A stretch of DNA of 64,000 nt from Perna viridis (taxonomy: Eukaryota). The first letter of the stretch is position 1; each line of letters starts with the position of its first letter. A program made the translations under genes and the position numbers. This document shows positions 50,269-63,800 of this stretch, one piece after another. A model generated the notes under the pieces. The model was not told where the DNA came from. It made no database searches and saw only the letters and a list, made by a program, of their open reading frames with translations. Where the stretch lies: positions 9,982,001-10,046,000 of the forward strand of contig CM074517.1 of assembly GCA_037379345.1 (NCBI GenBank). The letters run 5' to 3'.

Positions 50269-51684
50269 TTTTCTAAAAAAAGCTTAATTAAATTTTAAAG
50301 GTAGTAGGTCAGAAAGTGAAAAACCCTACACCTTGGACCACCACTAACTTGATTCCCTTCAAAGAAGTGTGATATTAATATGACTTAACATTTTCAGTTA
50401 AAGAAGCAATGAGTTAAAACTTCCCATTTTGAAAGATTCTTAATACCTGATATATCAGTTACCCACTTAACAATTATGTATTTTAAAAGAAGTTGAATTA
50501 GCAATTTCACCGCAACTGATAATTAAATTTGAAACTTTGACAATAATGAAGCTGCAAACTATACAACTAAATTAAATCTTCTCCATAATTTAGGCATCAT
50601 ATACAATTACAAACATTCTAGAACCACGCAATGTTTCAGTTGAGCATTTTTGTTTCTCTTTCGTTTTATATTACTTCAAATAACTGAAAATGTACTTGAT
50701 TCATCTGCTTACTACTTGATGGAGTCTGAGGAACTTTACTGTAAACCAACATTATTCACGGATACTTGTTTTTGGGATATTAATTCAATTCTCTACTCAG
50801 ATAACTAACACTCTACATAACCTGTATTCCACAACATAAGACAAACTTGTGGCAATTTATTTCCATAATTCTTACTCACAAAATAATATTGTAGAGTTTC
50901 TTTGAAATATCTCTTGACTGTTACATTTGTTTGATTTTTATTTTTGTTAATTTAGTTTCTACTTCTACTTGACAATTAACCTTTTTTTAAATTTGTTCCA
51001 ACAAAAATATCCCATTCATTTCACAATTACAAAAATTCTTAGTATATTTTCTGAGTATCAATAAAAAAATGTAACAAGAGCAAAACACCCTGATGTTGTT
51101 TTAAAAATGTTTTAACCTTTTTTATGTGACCATTGACCTTAAAAATCTGTAGGGATCAAACATTTAAGGAATAAAATAACTAAATATGATACTGTAAACC
51201 AGTAAAAAATCAATTGAAGGATGTTCATTGTAATATTTACAAGGGTTTACAGACGGACAGACAGATGGACAGACAGTAAATAGTGTTACCATATATCTGG
51301 AATGATATACATCCTTTCTAAAAACCATAAAATATGACCTGAAATAATGGAATAATATCCTTTCTTAGAAACGACTTAATCCCAGTTTATTTCATCAGAA
51401 GACTATTTAACATCAATAAAAGACTTAACATTGGACTATAATTCTTCTCTTACAGACATTTTATACATTATTGGCACTTTTTATGCACCAGATCTTCTCT
51501 AAACTATCAAATAATATCATTTGCAAGGCGTAGCTGTGAAGGATTGAACCATTTTTCTTTTTTTATTACAATCAGTTAACTATTTCTCTTTCTATGCCTA
51601 ATGGATGAACTCTTAATATGCTATCCTTTAGATACAAGAAACAAGGAATTGAATAAAACAATGATGTGAAACCTGACCAAAACA

Positions 51685-52211
51685 AAAACCTTACATATGG
51701 TATAACCAATCCAGCAAAACCTTACATATGGTATAACCAATCCAGCAAAACCATACATATGGTATAACCAATCCAGCAAAACCATACATATGGTATAACC
51801 AATCCAGCAAAACCTTACATATGGTATATATATCCAGCAAAACCTTACATATGGTATATATATCCAGCAAAACCTTACATATGGTATAACCAATCCAGCA
51901 AAACCTTACATATGGTATATATATCCAGCAAAACCTTACATATGGTATAACCAATCCAGCAAAACCTTACATTTGGTATAACCAATCCAGCAAAACCATA
52001 CATATGGTATAACCAATCCAGCAAAACCTTACATATGGTATATATATCCAGCAAAACCTTACATATGGTATAACCAATCCAGCAAAACCTTACATATGGT
52101 ATAACCAATCCAGCAAAACCTTACATATGGTATAACCAATCCAGTAAAACCTTACATATGGTATAACCAATCCAGCAAAATCTTACATATGGTATAACCA
52201 ATCCAGCAAAA
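51685..52211. repeat. Minisatellite, 30-31 bp x ~17 (AAAACCTTACATATGGTATAACCAATCCAGC)
   Basis: Homogeneous array with two interspersed variants (ACCA versus TAT). Confidence 0.97.
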
Positions 52212-52291
52212 GCATCATATCAAATTTTGAAACATTCCCATAAATTGTTGCTGAGATTGTCATGATAAAATTTAAGAAACCTTTAAAACAA

Positions 52292-52591
52292 AAAGCAATA
52301 AAGTTATTCCAGCAAACAAGACCCTACCAAGCAATAAAGTTATTCCAGCAAAAAAGACCCAACCAAGCAATAAAGTTATTCCAGCAAACAAGACCCTACC
52401 AAGCAATAAAGTTATTCCAGCAAAAAAGACCCTACCAAGCAATAAAGTTATTCCAGAAAACATGGCCCAACCAAGCAATAAAGTTATTCCAGCAAACATG
52501 ACCCAACCAAGCAATAAAGTTACTCCAGCAAACAAGACCCTACCAAGCAATAAAGTTACTCCAGAAAACATGGCCCAACCAAGCAATAAAG
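52292..52591. repeat. Minisatellite, 36 bp x ~8 (AAGCAATAAAGTTATTCCAGCAAACAAGACCCTACC)
   Basis: Tandem array; explains track ORFs 52262 and 52272. Confidence 0.96.
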
Positions 52592-53714
52592 CTTACTATA
52601 AGTAACCAAGATGAGGCTGTGCTTTGAATTTTCCAAAGTCCTATGTTGAATAACTACTGATCCCACCATGATACGTTGATAGATATATGGATACTGCATT
52701 GTGTTGATTAGACAGAATGACAAACAGAGGGACAAAAAAGACACACTCAATAAAGAATACCTTAAGAATTGACCCATGACCCTATGATCTGTGACATTAA
52801 GCATACATCCCATGAAAAGATCTCTTAAAATATAGGTTTCTAACATTACTAATTCATTACCCTTCATATCTACTAAGTGGAAAAAAATACATTTATGGAA
52901 TAAACTCACACTATCTTTACACAATGGAACAAGTTGTTACAAGTTCCATTTTATAGACTGATAATTGGTTATTAAAAAACAGTTTATATTTGTACTAGTT
53001 AAGAGTACATTTTGAGTGTTGTTATGTAACAGATAAACTTAAGCTGATAACTACGGATATGAACGAGAAAACGTCTACAAGTGGCCAATTTTTAAAAAAA
53101 AATGACTATTATGGTATGTGCCAAAAACATTATATAAAGACGGGAACAAATCAAAATTTTTCTCAAACTATCCAATGATGCCATTTGGCATTTTTAAACC
53201 TTTTCACATCTTGCCAACAGCACAAACTACAGTTGAATGAACTCCACAGTTTTTTTAAGCAAAATGTACCAGCCTTTCCAAGAATTACTACAGGCATATA
53301 TCATCGACTATAATTCTATTTAATGGATCTTCCATGCTGCAGGTCCATTCAGAAATATCCAACAAATATCGAACTGGAAGAGTATAACATTCATCCTTCA
53401 GGTTAACTTATTAATCAAATAAGACACTCTTAAAAGTGCCAAATGCATCAGCATGTGAACCCTGGGGTGGAATGAGCCTTATCTTTCATACATAAAAGCA
53501 GATCACAGCAAGTCTGCAATTTACTTGAAACATATCAAGATCAAAGAAAAGGTTTGGTGAACTTTAAAAGGGAGGAATCCAGTATACAAATGTAATTGAG
53601 AGTTAGTCTGTGACAGAATACCATCATCTGTTCAACAATATATACAATGGTACCATCTGAGCTCAAACACAGAAAATGTATTTTTGCACACAAACAAATG
53701 AGCTGAAGGGAGAC

Positions 53715-54112
53715 CAAGTGTCAGGTTTAAGTACTGACCATAGGCAAGTGGCAGGGTTAAGTGCTGACTAAAGGCAAGTGGCAGGGTTTAGTACTGACTA
53801 AAGGCAAGTGGCAGGGTTTAGTACTGACTAAAGGCAATAGAAGGGTTAACTAATGACTAAAGGCAAATGGCAGGGTTAACTACCGACTAAGGGCAAGTGG
53901 CAGGGTTTAGTACTGACTACAGACAAGTGGCAGGGTTTAGCACTGACTAAACTCAAGTGACAGGGTTTAGTACTGACTAAAGACAAGTGGCAGGGTTTAG
54001 TACTGACTAAAGGCAATAGAAGGGTTAACTAATGACTAAAGGCAAATGGCAGGGTTAGCTACCGACTAAAGGCAAGTGGCACTGGGTTTACTACTGACTA
54101 AAGGCAAGGGCA
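53715..54112. repeat. Minisatellite, 29-30 bp x ~13 (GGCAAGTGGCAGGGTTTAGTACTGACTAAA)
   Basis: Tandem array; a two-unit variant block (GGCAATAGAAGGGTTAACTAATG...) occurs at ~53833 and ~54012. Confidence 0.95.
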
Positions 54113-54156
54113 GGAGTGAAAAAGATTGAAAATAGTGAGTATACTTTGAGCAGATA

Positions 54157-54357
54157 CTGTTCATGTATTACTTTACTTGGTGTACCAGGTACATAATTTA
54201 GCTATTGTCAAATAAGCTCAAAAACTAGTACCTGTGAAATTGACTTTTTTGCACTATGAAAAGCTACAATTTTTCAAAACCCAAAAATTGTTACGCGAAT
54301 GTGTTCATTTAAAAAATCCATGAAATTTAACTGCCATGGAAATTAATACATTTACAG
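54157..54357. mobile_element. MITE, TA-CTGT...ACAG-TA, 201 bp
   Basis: TA|CTGTTCATGTATTA ... TAATACATTTACAG|TA. Confidence 0.75.
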
Positions 54358-54538
54358 TAACCAAGTATGGCACAGCAGAGGGAAATGGCATATGAACCTC
54401 AGTGCTAGAAATTGTGTATAGCAGAGGTGTTTGAAGTTTGAAAATACAAATATCCCTCTTTAGAAAAAATCAAGTGCAGGAAGTAAAATTTAAGTTAAAA
54501 TTACATCAGCACAAAAAATAACCCTGGAACTATGAACA

Positions 54539-54701
54539 CAGTGAAACCCGTCTAAACCAAACACCTTTTGGACTTTAAAATTGGTTCGGTTTAGGCAGGT
54601 TACAAAAACAACCATTCAAATTCATATACAGGTACTTAACAAGTGTTTGGTAAAGACAGGTTTTCTGATTATTCAGAGTTCAGTTTAGACAGGTTTCACT
54701 G
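54539..54701. mobile_element. MITE of the CAGTGAAACC family, 163 bp
   Basis: CAGTGAAACCCGTCTAAAC ... GTTTAGACAGGTTTCACTG|TA; 18/19 TIR match. Confidence 0.85.
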
Positions 54702-55227
54702 TATATCTAAAAGTACTGTTAAAGAATGCTTAAAAACATGCCAGGAACAAAATCCTTCAGTTTAACAATGAATTTATTTTTACAGATTTTTCAAAACATA
54801 AGTTTTCAATTAAATGCACAAGTAAAAATGCAACTACAATCAGATCCTATGAAGATTTTACCTGGATGAACCCACCATCCCGTAACATGCTGAGCCATTG
54901 ATGATGGAACTTGTTTAATTAATAATTAATATAGTTGATTAGTCACCAACATGTTAAAACAATTACAATTTCACTATCCTTTAGTACTGTATGAATTCCA
55001 CTTAAATGAATCAAATACAACTCCACCCATTATTGGAGTCAGTTATTCTTCCTCCATTAAATTGAGTTAACATTCCAATAACCATTCCAGATTCAATTTA
55101 TATTATTTCATTGCAGCAAAACTGATAATCATTTTAATAAACAATTGAATTATTTCTGAACATTGTCAACTGCTCAATTATTATTCAATCGTTTTCAAAA
55201 AGCAAGTAGTGCAAAATCAATTTGTTG

Positions 55228-55515
55228 ATTTTATTTTCAGCCCACCCTCTCACAAAATGACTTTGTCAGACATCCAGTCCTCTTTTGTTTATTTTCAGCC
55301 CAACCCTTCACAAGATGGCTTTGTAAGACATCCAGTCCCCTTGTTTATTTTCAGCCCACCCCTTCACAAAATGGCTTTGTCAGACATCCGGTCCTCTTTT
55401 GTTTATTTTCAGCCCATCCCTTCACAAAATGGCATTGTCTGACATCCAGTCCTCTAATGTTTACTTTCAACCCACCCCCGTCACAAAATGGCTTTGTCAG
55501 ACATCCAGTCCTCTA
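55228..55515. repeat. Tandem repeat, ~58-60 bp x ~5 (TTTATTTTCAGCCCACCCCTTCACAAAATGGCTTTGTCAGACATCCAGTCCTCTTTTG)
   Basis: Direct tandem units. Confidence 0.93.
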
Positions 55516-58500
55516 AAGTCAGCAAGTATTAAAATGATAAAACATAAGGAAATAAATAGCCAATTCACCATTAAATAATATTTCCAAGAAATTAAGACTT
55601 TATCCAGAAGTGTATGTATAATAAACAGCTTTTGCATCATTTAATCAGATTTCGGTGGAGAAACAAGACTTGGGGCGATACTATAACCATATTACTGATA
55701 CAACTAATCAATACCTTATAAGGCCTTTGAGAATCTTCAACAGCAAAATCATTTAAATATTCAGGTGCTTGTCCAACTCTTCAACAACAGATTACTCACT
55801 TCTCGTGCAGTATAGAATAAATTTTGCAAGCCAACCTAATGTCGGAATTAATACTAGATTATTAATAACACCAAACTTGGTAATATGGCATCTTCTAGGG
55901 TTAAAATGCTGTTTAAATATTCAGATATTTCTAAGACTCATCAATAAACCATCTGATACAATAAAGAAATCCGCAATTTGATTTACATATCAGGGATATC
56001 TATTAAAGTACCTATTTAAGGCAAGAAATAAAACAGTAGCTTTGTCTATTGTTGCATTCTTCAAAAAAAATAGACATGGTGAGCGACCTATATATTGTTG
56101 GGAAGAAAACTGTAGTATGTTATATTTCCTAATGAGAAAAACTCTCAGGATAGTACAGTTTTGAAATTTTGGAAGATTCACAAAATTTCTGTAGGAAATC
56201 ATTATGTCAATAACATAGCTAAAGACAAAAAGGGAATTAGGAAATGTGTAACACATCTGTCAACACGGACTCTTTTGGCCATAATTTTTAGCTCAAAATA
56301 TGTATTTTAAAAAAGATATTACTTTGCTGAAAATGTATACCAAGATTCATTTTCCATTGTGAAGGGTTAACTCAAACATAAATCTGAAGAGTCAGAGACA
56401 GATGAACAACAAACTTAGGGATGGACATGTACTGATATCTTTTTATCCTAAACTTCGAGGACTATTTAGACAAGGAAGGCTTTTCTCTTTGTACTTGGTC
56501 AAAACACATAACTCATTATCAAGTCTCATATCCAATCAAAGGGTAATACTAGCATTTACCAAAATGTTAGAGTGTCACAATTAAAGCTTAATGTTGAATG
56601 AGGTCAATTCAAAGTGTGGTTCAATCAGAAGTTGAACTATGACCTTGACTTTTGACCTTTAACCTCATAAATCAATAGAATACCAGAAAGATGAAGTGTG
56701 TAACAAGAACAAGTAGGGTTGTATGTAGAAAATGTTGTCAAAACCCATAAGGTGTTGTTCATTCTAGTGTGTTCACAAGGATACTAGGGCTCACAATAGA
56801 AGAACAAAGTACCTTTTTCCAATTCATTGGTTAGGATAGAGTATAATAAATATGTATAACTGGGAAACACCACCAAAATGGGGGGGGGGACCCATTGGCA
56901 AAACAGAATTTCTTTTCCTGTACAATTAATTTTCTGGGTCAAAAACTGTCAAGCAATTATCTAATGAGTAATGATTTTCAAAAATTTAGGAAATCAGATC
57001 TTTGATTACAAATTCTTATCTTCAAAATATTGAGCTGATTGAATGATGCCTTCTTCTAGCAAAATAAACTGTGGTTATAGCGACATCAATTAAATTAATT
57101 TAATCAAATCATGCTCTTATAGTTCAAATACTCCAAGAAGGACAAAATGCATTGATAACAAGAACTTTATCTGCAGCAGGAGTGTTCTCCTTCTAAACAA
57201 TGAGTTAAATCTATTTTTAGTTTGTAATCAAATTGAAGATCACTAACTGAAAATCCAATTTTCAGGTAAAACCTCATGATACCTTAAGACATAGCAAATA
57301 ATACAATTTAATATTAATTACATTTCTTTTGTTTTTTGTCATTTTTCGGTAAATTGCTGTTACATCAATGCATTGTACAGACACTACAGAAAACTGGTAA
57401 AACTATATCCTACTTATCCATATAGAAAAATGCTCTTACAAGTACCTTTACATTTGATTTCCTTGTATGTCTGATCAAGAAAATTTAAAAATACATTTTC
57501 AAATTAAATATTTAGTCAAATCATTTTTTTTCGTCAATATGAAAAAAATCAAATAAACAAACACACAATCATTTAAAGTTCTTGTTCATTCCAATAATAT
57601 TCCATTAAAATATTTCAAACTTACCTGTAGTAGATGGCCACAAGAGTCTAGCAGACGTCAGACAACAAACTGATCATGATAATTCTTGTTAGTCAACTTA
57701 TAGGAAACCAATGGAGAGCTATTGATTTTTCTGTGTCTCTCATTCAACTGTAATTCTCGATGGATTCAGAATGGATGCTTTATCTATGAAATTAATCTAT
57801 GAAAATTCAAAGAAATTTTTTAAGGTTGACATTGACTTAAGCTTTAGTGTAAAAACAGTACTATTTTGCTATACCTTGCACTTGCAGTTTCTGAACAGGT
57901 TCAACAATGGCTTCAGCCATGCTAAGGATCCACAAATAGATGCTGAATAATTTTCCTCCAAATCTAACGGAATATGCCTCCTAGGAACCAATTTATATTT
58001 TTTCCTGCAAAATGAATAACAATAACTAAAGCCTTAAAAGACAAGTAGTGTCACTCAAAATCTTATACTCCAAATACAAACCATGTTTCCAGAAAAAAAA
58101 TGTAGGGCACCAATTCCATGGAATGTAAATAAACATTGGGTTGAGTCACAATTTAATATGTCAAGGCCATTAATATTGATTATGTTTATGAATGTCATTG
58201 ATGCCACTAGAGAGGCAATTGGCATTGTTTTTATCTAGCTATTCTTATTGCCAAGCAAACACAGTTCAGCAACATTTTAAAAAGTGGCAATAATTGTTTT
58301 TGCATAATTTATACAAATCAAATTTATCTTAATTATATAATTTTGTTGGAACCTATTTGAAAAAAATATCAACTAAAGCCAAATAATATTTATAGTAAAT
58401 TTGTTCATTGTAGTTCTAAACTCAATAAACTAAAATTGATCACATGTTCTTTAATTTTTCATGGCCCTATGGGCAGATAACTCAAATTCAGTAAGCACAG

Positions 58501-60327
58501 CAAGGGATTTTTTTTAATGTATTTACATACAATATTACAATGCTTTTTTGTTTTAACAAAAGGAAGCATTTTCTAAAAATAAGAATGCAATCTTAAACTT
58601 TCAGTTAAAACTAACTGAATATCAAAACTATGTAGTAACCGAACTTGATCAATTATTATAAATTTCTAAGAAAATAATGATCTAGCAATGGTATTGTCTT
58701 ATCTCATTCATAAAAAATGATGTTTTGGTAAAGACTTAGGCAAATCAATATTGCGATTTGTGCTTTAAAAAATCTCTACTTTATATTTGATGGAACAAAT
58801 GTCTTGCTACATGTGTTCTGTAATAGAACTACACAGAATTTTGGTGTATGTGAAACAAGAATTTTTACAAAATCAAAATCATGTTAAATTCCAAGTCTCA
58901 AGCTTTACAAGAAATATATTAGATGGAAACCGGGAAGGGTGAGGCCAATCACCATGCAAATGCCAAACACCAAACGGAAAACATTTTGTCCACAGAAAGC
59001 TGAGAAATGAGTCCTAAAAGTATATGGATAGACAGACAAAAGTTATTATATCTACAGAAGGATTTATATTAGGCTGTGATACATGTGAACGCTTCGCAAT
59101 TAATTAGTCTAACCAAAAAGGCCTATAACACCATCCATTCTAGTTTTAAAATTCTCAGCTTCTTGATAGCCAAGCATACAAAGAGGGATAACCCTTATTA
59201 AATTTTCATAATGATTTCTCCATAACACCACCACAAAACTTACTACAGGTACATGTACTTGTAATGAAAGTCACTGGAATTTTATCTACCAATCAGTAAC
59301 TCTATCTGAAATATAAAAAAAATTAAAATGTTGTTCTAGTTATTGAACTAAATAATTGAACAACGTGCACTTCAAGTGTTCTTGTAAATACTTGGTGAAG
59401 ATCAAAGCATCACATTAATTGTGTTTTACTTTGTTCGTGCTCTGTTCATATACTGCCAAATGAGGTCTTCGATGACGAAGCAGGTGTACAGACAAAAAGA
59501 CAACCAATAGCACACTTACTACAGGTCGAAAAAGGAGTGTGTTAAATAAATTCAATTTTTGTAAATATTTTCATGCTGCCTTTACTATTTTGAATGTAAA
59601 TCTATATTAGGTATGATGTTTATATCTCCTGTCAAACTAATATCAATCTAGTATTTCTCACAGTGCACTATTTCTAATTATGTTGAAGGTAGAAAATGAA
59701 GCACAATGATATCAAATAAAACCAGTTTTTCTCTAAAACGTGTACTTACACTGGTTAATATGTTTATTGGACTAAATATATAAAAATAACTAATTTGATT
59801 GAATGAAATGTTTCGATACAGAATAAACTATTCCTGTGAGTGAGCTCAATGAGTGTTCTAATATGACGTGCTTCAAAACTCTTTAGACCACAGCCTTGGT
59901 AAAAAACTGATAAACACTTGATAAACATTTCGTGCAACACATAAAAAATTTTAAAATATGAAAACAAGTCAAATTAGGATCGAAATAAATCATAGAAACT
60001 CCTTTTATCATTGTTTTACAACTGGCTGGCCATTTATGTTGTTATTTAACCCATCACTATCACTTGGGGTAAAACAATGTGACATAAATGGCAGCCCATG
60101 GTAAAACAATGATAAAATGGAATTTTCCGTGATTTGTTTCTTAAATAATACCTGCTTCAAAATGTTAAACTCTTGAATTGAAGAATCTTTCTTTGCAAAC
60201 ATTAAGTTACGTTTCTAAATGCACATGTACATATGACGCTGTCATTATAATTATATTGAAATCATTCTGATATGAATAAAAAGTTTACAGGGAATACAGG
60301 TTGACGGACAAGGTGATTCATATAAAT

Positions 60328-60813
60328 GGTAAGATAGGGGTACCCCACATCAGGGAATCATTGGTAAGATAGGGGTACCCCACATCAGGGAATCATGGGT
60401 AAGATATGGGTACCCCACATCAGGGAATCATTGGTAAGATAGGGGTATCTTACGTCAGGGAATCATTGGTAAGATATGGGTACCCCATGTCAGGGAATCA
60501 TTGGTAAGATATGGGCACCCCACATCAGGGAATCATTGGTAAGATATGGGTACCCCACTTCAACGAAACATTGGAAAGATATGGGTACCCCACTTCAAGG
60601 AAACATTAGAAAGATATGGGTACCCCACGTCAGGGAATCATTGGTAAGATATGGGTACCCCACATCAGGGAATCATGGGTAAGATATGGGAACCCCACAT
60701 CAAGGAATCATTGGTAAGATAGGGGTACCCCAAGTCAGAGAATCATTGGTAAGATATGGATACCCAACGTCAGGGAATCATGGGTAAGATATGGGTACCC
60801 CACATCAGGGAAT
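60328..60813. repeat. Minisatellite, 35 bp x ~14 (GGTAAGATATGGGTACCCCACATCAGGGAATCATT)
   Basis: Tandem array with a palindromic GGGTACCC core. Confidence 0.96.
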
Positions 60814-63800
60814 AATGAAGTCTCATGTTTACTGATATGAGAACACAAAAAACTTAAAATCTAAAATAGGAGGTACACATATTCAAAACTAAATAAGGAT
60901 TCTGTTGAAGTATCATAAATTCCATTCAGTGGTGTAAAAGGAGTAATGGAAAAGAGATGGGTACCCCCAGGTCCCCATATTCATTAAGGACAAAGTCTAT
61001 GTTTTACTATGTTGAAACCCCAAATTGATTTGGATAAAGATTGAAAATAAAAAATTCAAATGTGTAATAAGTGAAGGTTCTGTGCAAGTTTCATCAAATT
61101 CCATTCAGTGGTGTAGGAGGGGTAACGGAAAAGAGATGGGTACTCCTCTGTAACAGAAAGAAGGAAGTAGAAACAGTAGGGAGGATAGATACTCCTATCA
61201 CTATATAACCCCACACTTGCTGGTATATCAAGAACAAAGTTTGTAGGAGACATAATAAACAAACTGTTTCCCCTGTTTATTTTAAATGCTTGAATAACAC
61301 TTGCTTACATGTTATTTATAACCTCTGTTCAAACAATACAACAATGTACCAAAAAAAAACAAGAATTCAACAAATTAAAAATCTGGCAAACTGAATTGAC
61401 AAAGGTTCAAGTAATAGCTGTGCCAAAACTGCATTTGTCTGCAGTATAATGAGAATATACACCCAAAGTCTTAATCATAGCTATAATTCGATAATACAGA
61501 TATAAATCTGCCAATATTGATAATAATCATACAGAAAACATCATCAAAATACGTTTTTTATCATCGACCCTTTAAAAAAAAATGATGCCAATTTTTAAAT
61601 ATACATTGACTCAGTAAGAGACAAAGCTAATCAGGGGCAGAGATAAAATCAGGAATCTCTTAACTGCATTCTTACAATTTTATTGAGAACAGTATTCATG
61701 CAAAAGTTGGATTGAGTTTCATAAGTTATAATTGCGTCATGTTGACACTTAAATAATTAACAATCACAAAATACACATCTGAATTTGAAACTATAAACTG
61801 GCATATCTCAGAAAACCAACATCTATGAACTTGTACATGTCCACCAAGTTTCATGACAATCTGAATATATTTACAGAAGGTAACCTTAAAACTACCATTC
61901 TAGGTCCTGATAAAAGCATGTTTTACTGGGAAGAGGGCTTTGAATATTTATGCACTAGTATAAAGCATACCTACATGGCATTGTCAATCATGACATCAGT
62001 TCATAACTTTCTACTACCATCAAAAACATTGAATCAGCTTTACTGACATTCTGTAATTACTGTCAAATAATAGGTAATAATTCTAGCATTTTCTGCACTA
62101 ATTAAAACTACTCTCACTAAAGCCCATAGGCCCACATATGCACTCTTTAGAGAAGTCAAGTCCCTATACCAGTCATATTCAAGCTTTCATTTCTACTAAC
62201 CATTTATGAATGAAAATTTTTTTAAAAAATGGAGAACCTATCCAGACAATGTGCATAAATCGATTATTTTATTTTAACATCCTCCCAAAAAAAATTTCCT
62301 TAACCAATGTCTGCAAAAATCAAAACTTCTATAGCAACTAACCATACACCAAAGTTAGAAGAAATCTGTCAAGGAAATGGAGGCCACATCCAGACAACGA
62401 CATGCAATGATGTATGACAGACAAATGGACAGACAGGTGCAAAAACCTGAAAGTTCTACACCTACATTATAGCCTAAAATGGCTTTTGTTATAATTGCAA
62501 AAATTATCAGAATAGTTTCTATGAACAGAAATATAAAGTCTTACCTTTGCAAACTAAACTGTATAATCAGCACCCTCTGATACAATCTCTGAAAACATAT
62601 GGCAGATTTTACAATACACAATTCTATATAACCAAAGCATTCCCCTTCAATATGAAAGAAATCTATGTAAATTTTAATTCAAAACACTTACCTGAGCTTC
62701 TTATCATCATCAAATAGAATCTTAGAAATGATCACAGTAATCCAGAAGATCAACGCATTTTGTTTTGGCAGAATGTCCACAGTAATGATTTAACTCAGTA
62801 AAAATTCTATCCTATCAACAATTACTATAATTACTCCTTTGGGTGCAGAAATGACATAACATTCTCATAGAGAACTAGAATTCTGGGATTCCAATGTACT
62901 TGATAAATTACATGGTCATTGTATACTATGTTGCTTCAAACTGTCAATAGTCATTTTAACTATAATCCTACCACATAGCTGTTAAGTCTCCCACATTTGG
63001 TAGGAGGCTTCCATTATTTTGTAAGAAATTCAAAAATCTACCACTTACATGCCTGTAGTAAGGCATAAGTCTAAAATCTCTTGCCTTGGGAATTTTCTTT
63101 TGAACTTTTGGGCTTAGAAATATAATTATAAATTACTTCATTTCTTGTCAATATTTAAGGAAACACAAGGAGGCGATGTCTAGAAATTATCTGAGTAAAT
63201 TGCTTTGAAGTTCAAACACATTCTACTACTAAACAAAAAAATATGTTTGAAAAAAAAACCTCAGCAGATCTCCTCCTTTGAGCAAATTTTGATAGGGAGA
63301 TCTCCTGCTTAATAGTTTTCAAGAGGTTAACACCTATGGTACTAGCAATGAAGTCCAAGTCGGAAATAGACCAAGGGAGTTAAATCTAAAGTTTTGAAAT
63401 GGATTTTGTTTTAATATTGACAAGTTTTGATGGATCTGACTGTAGCTTCTATGTGAAACGTAAATGTGAATAGTAGTTATTTTGACATTGATTGTAATAG
63501 CTCTGATCAGCTAAGGCTTTTTCAGTATACTTGTAATTCTGTAGATTATATCCTTAAAATGGAATATCTTCCAGTCATATTCTTGCTTTATTTTCTAAGT
63601 TGTCAGCCATGGGATACTTTCACTTGTTATTATGAAAACAGTTTTTTTTCTGGGTACATTTTTGTACCAATTTTTATAGTCGAGGTGTAGATTTAAGATT
63701 TCTTACAAATGAAGTAGTTTTCATAAAACTTGGTTATATATTCTCTAATAGAAACTGATTATTCTGTTGGGATTTGAATTTTGTGCACCCTGTGCTGCAT

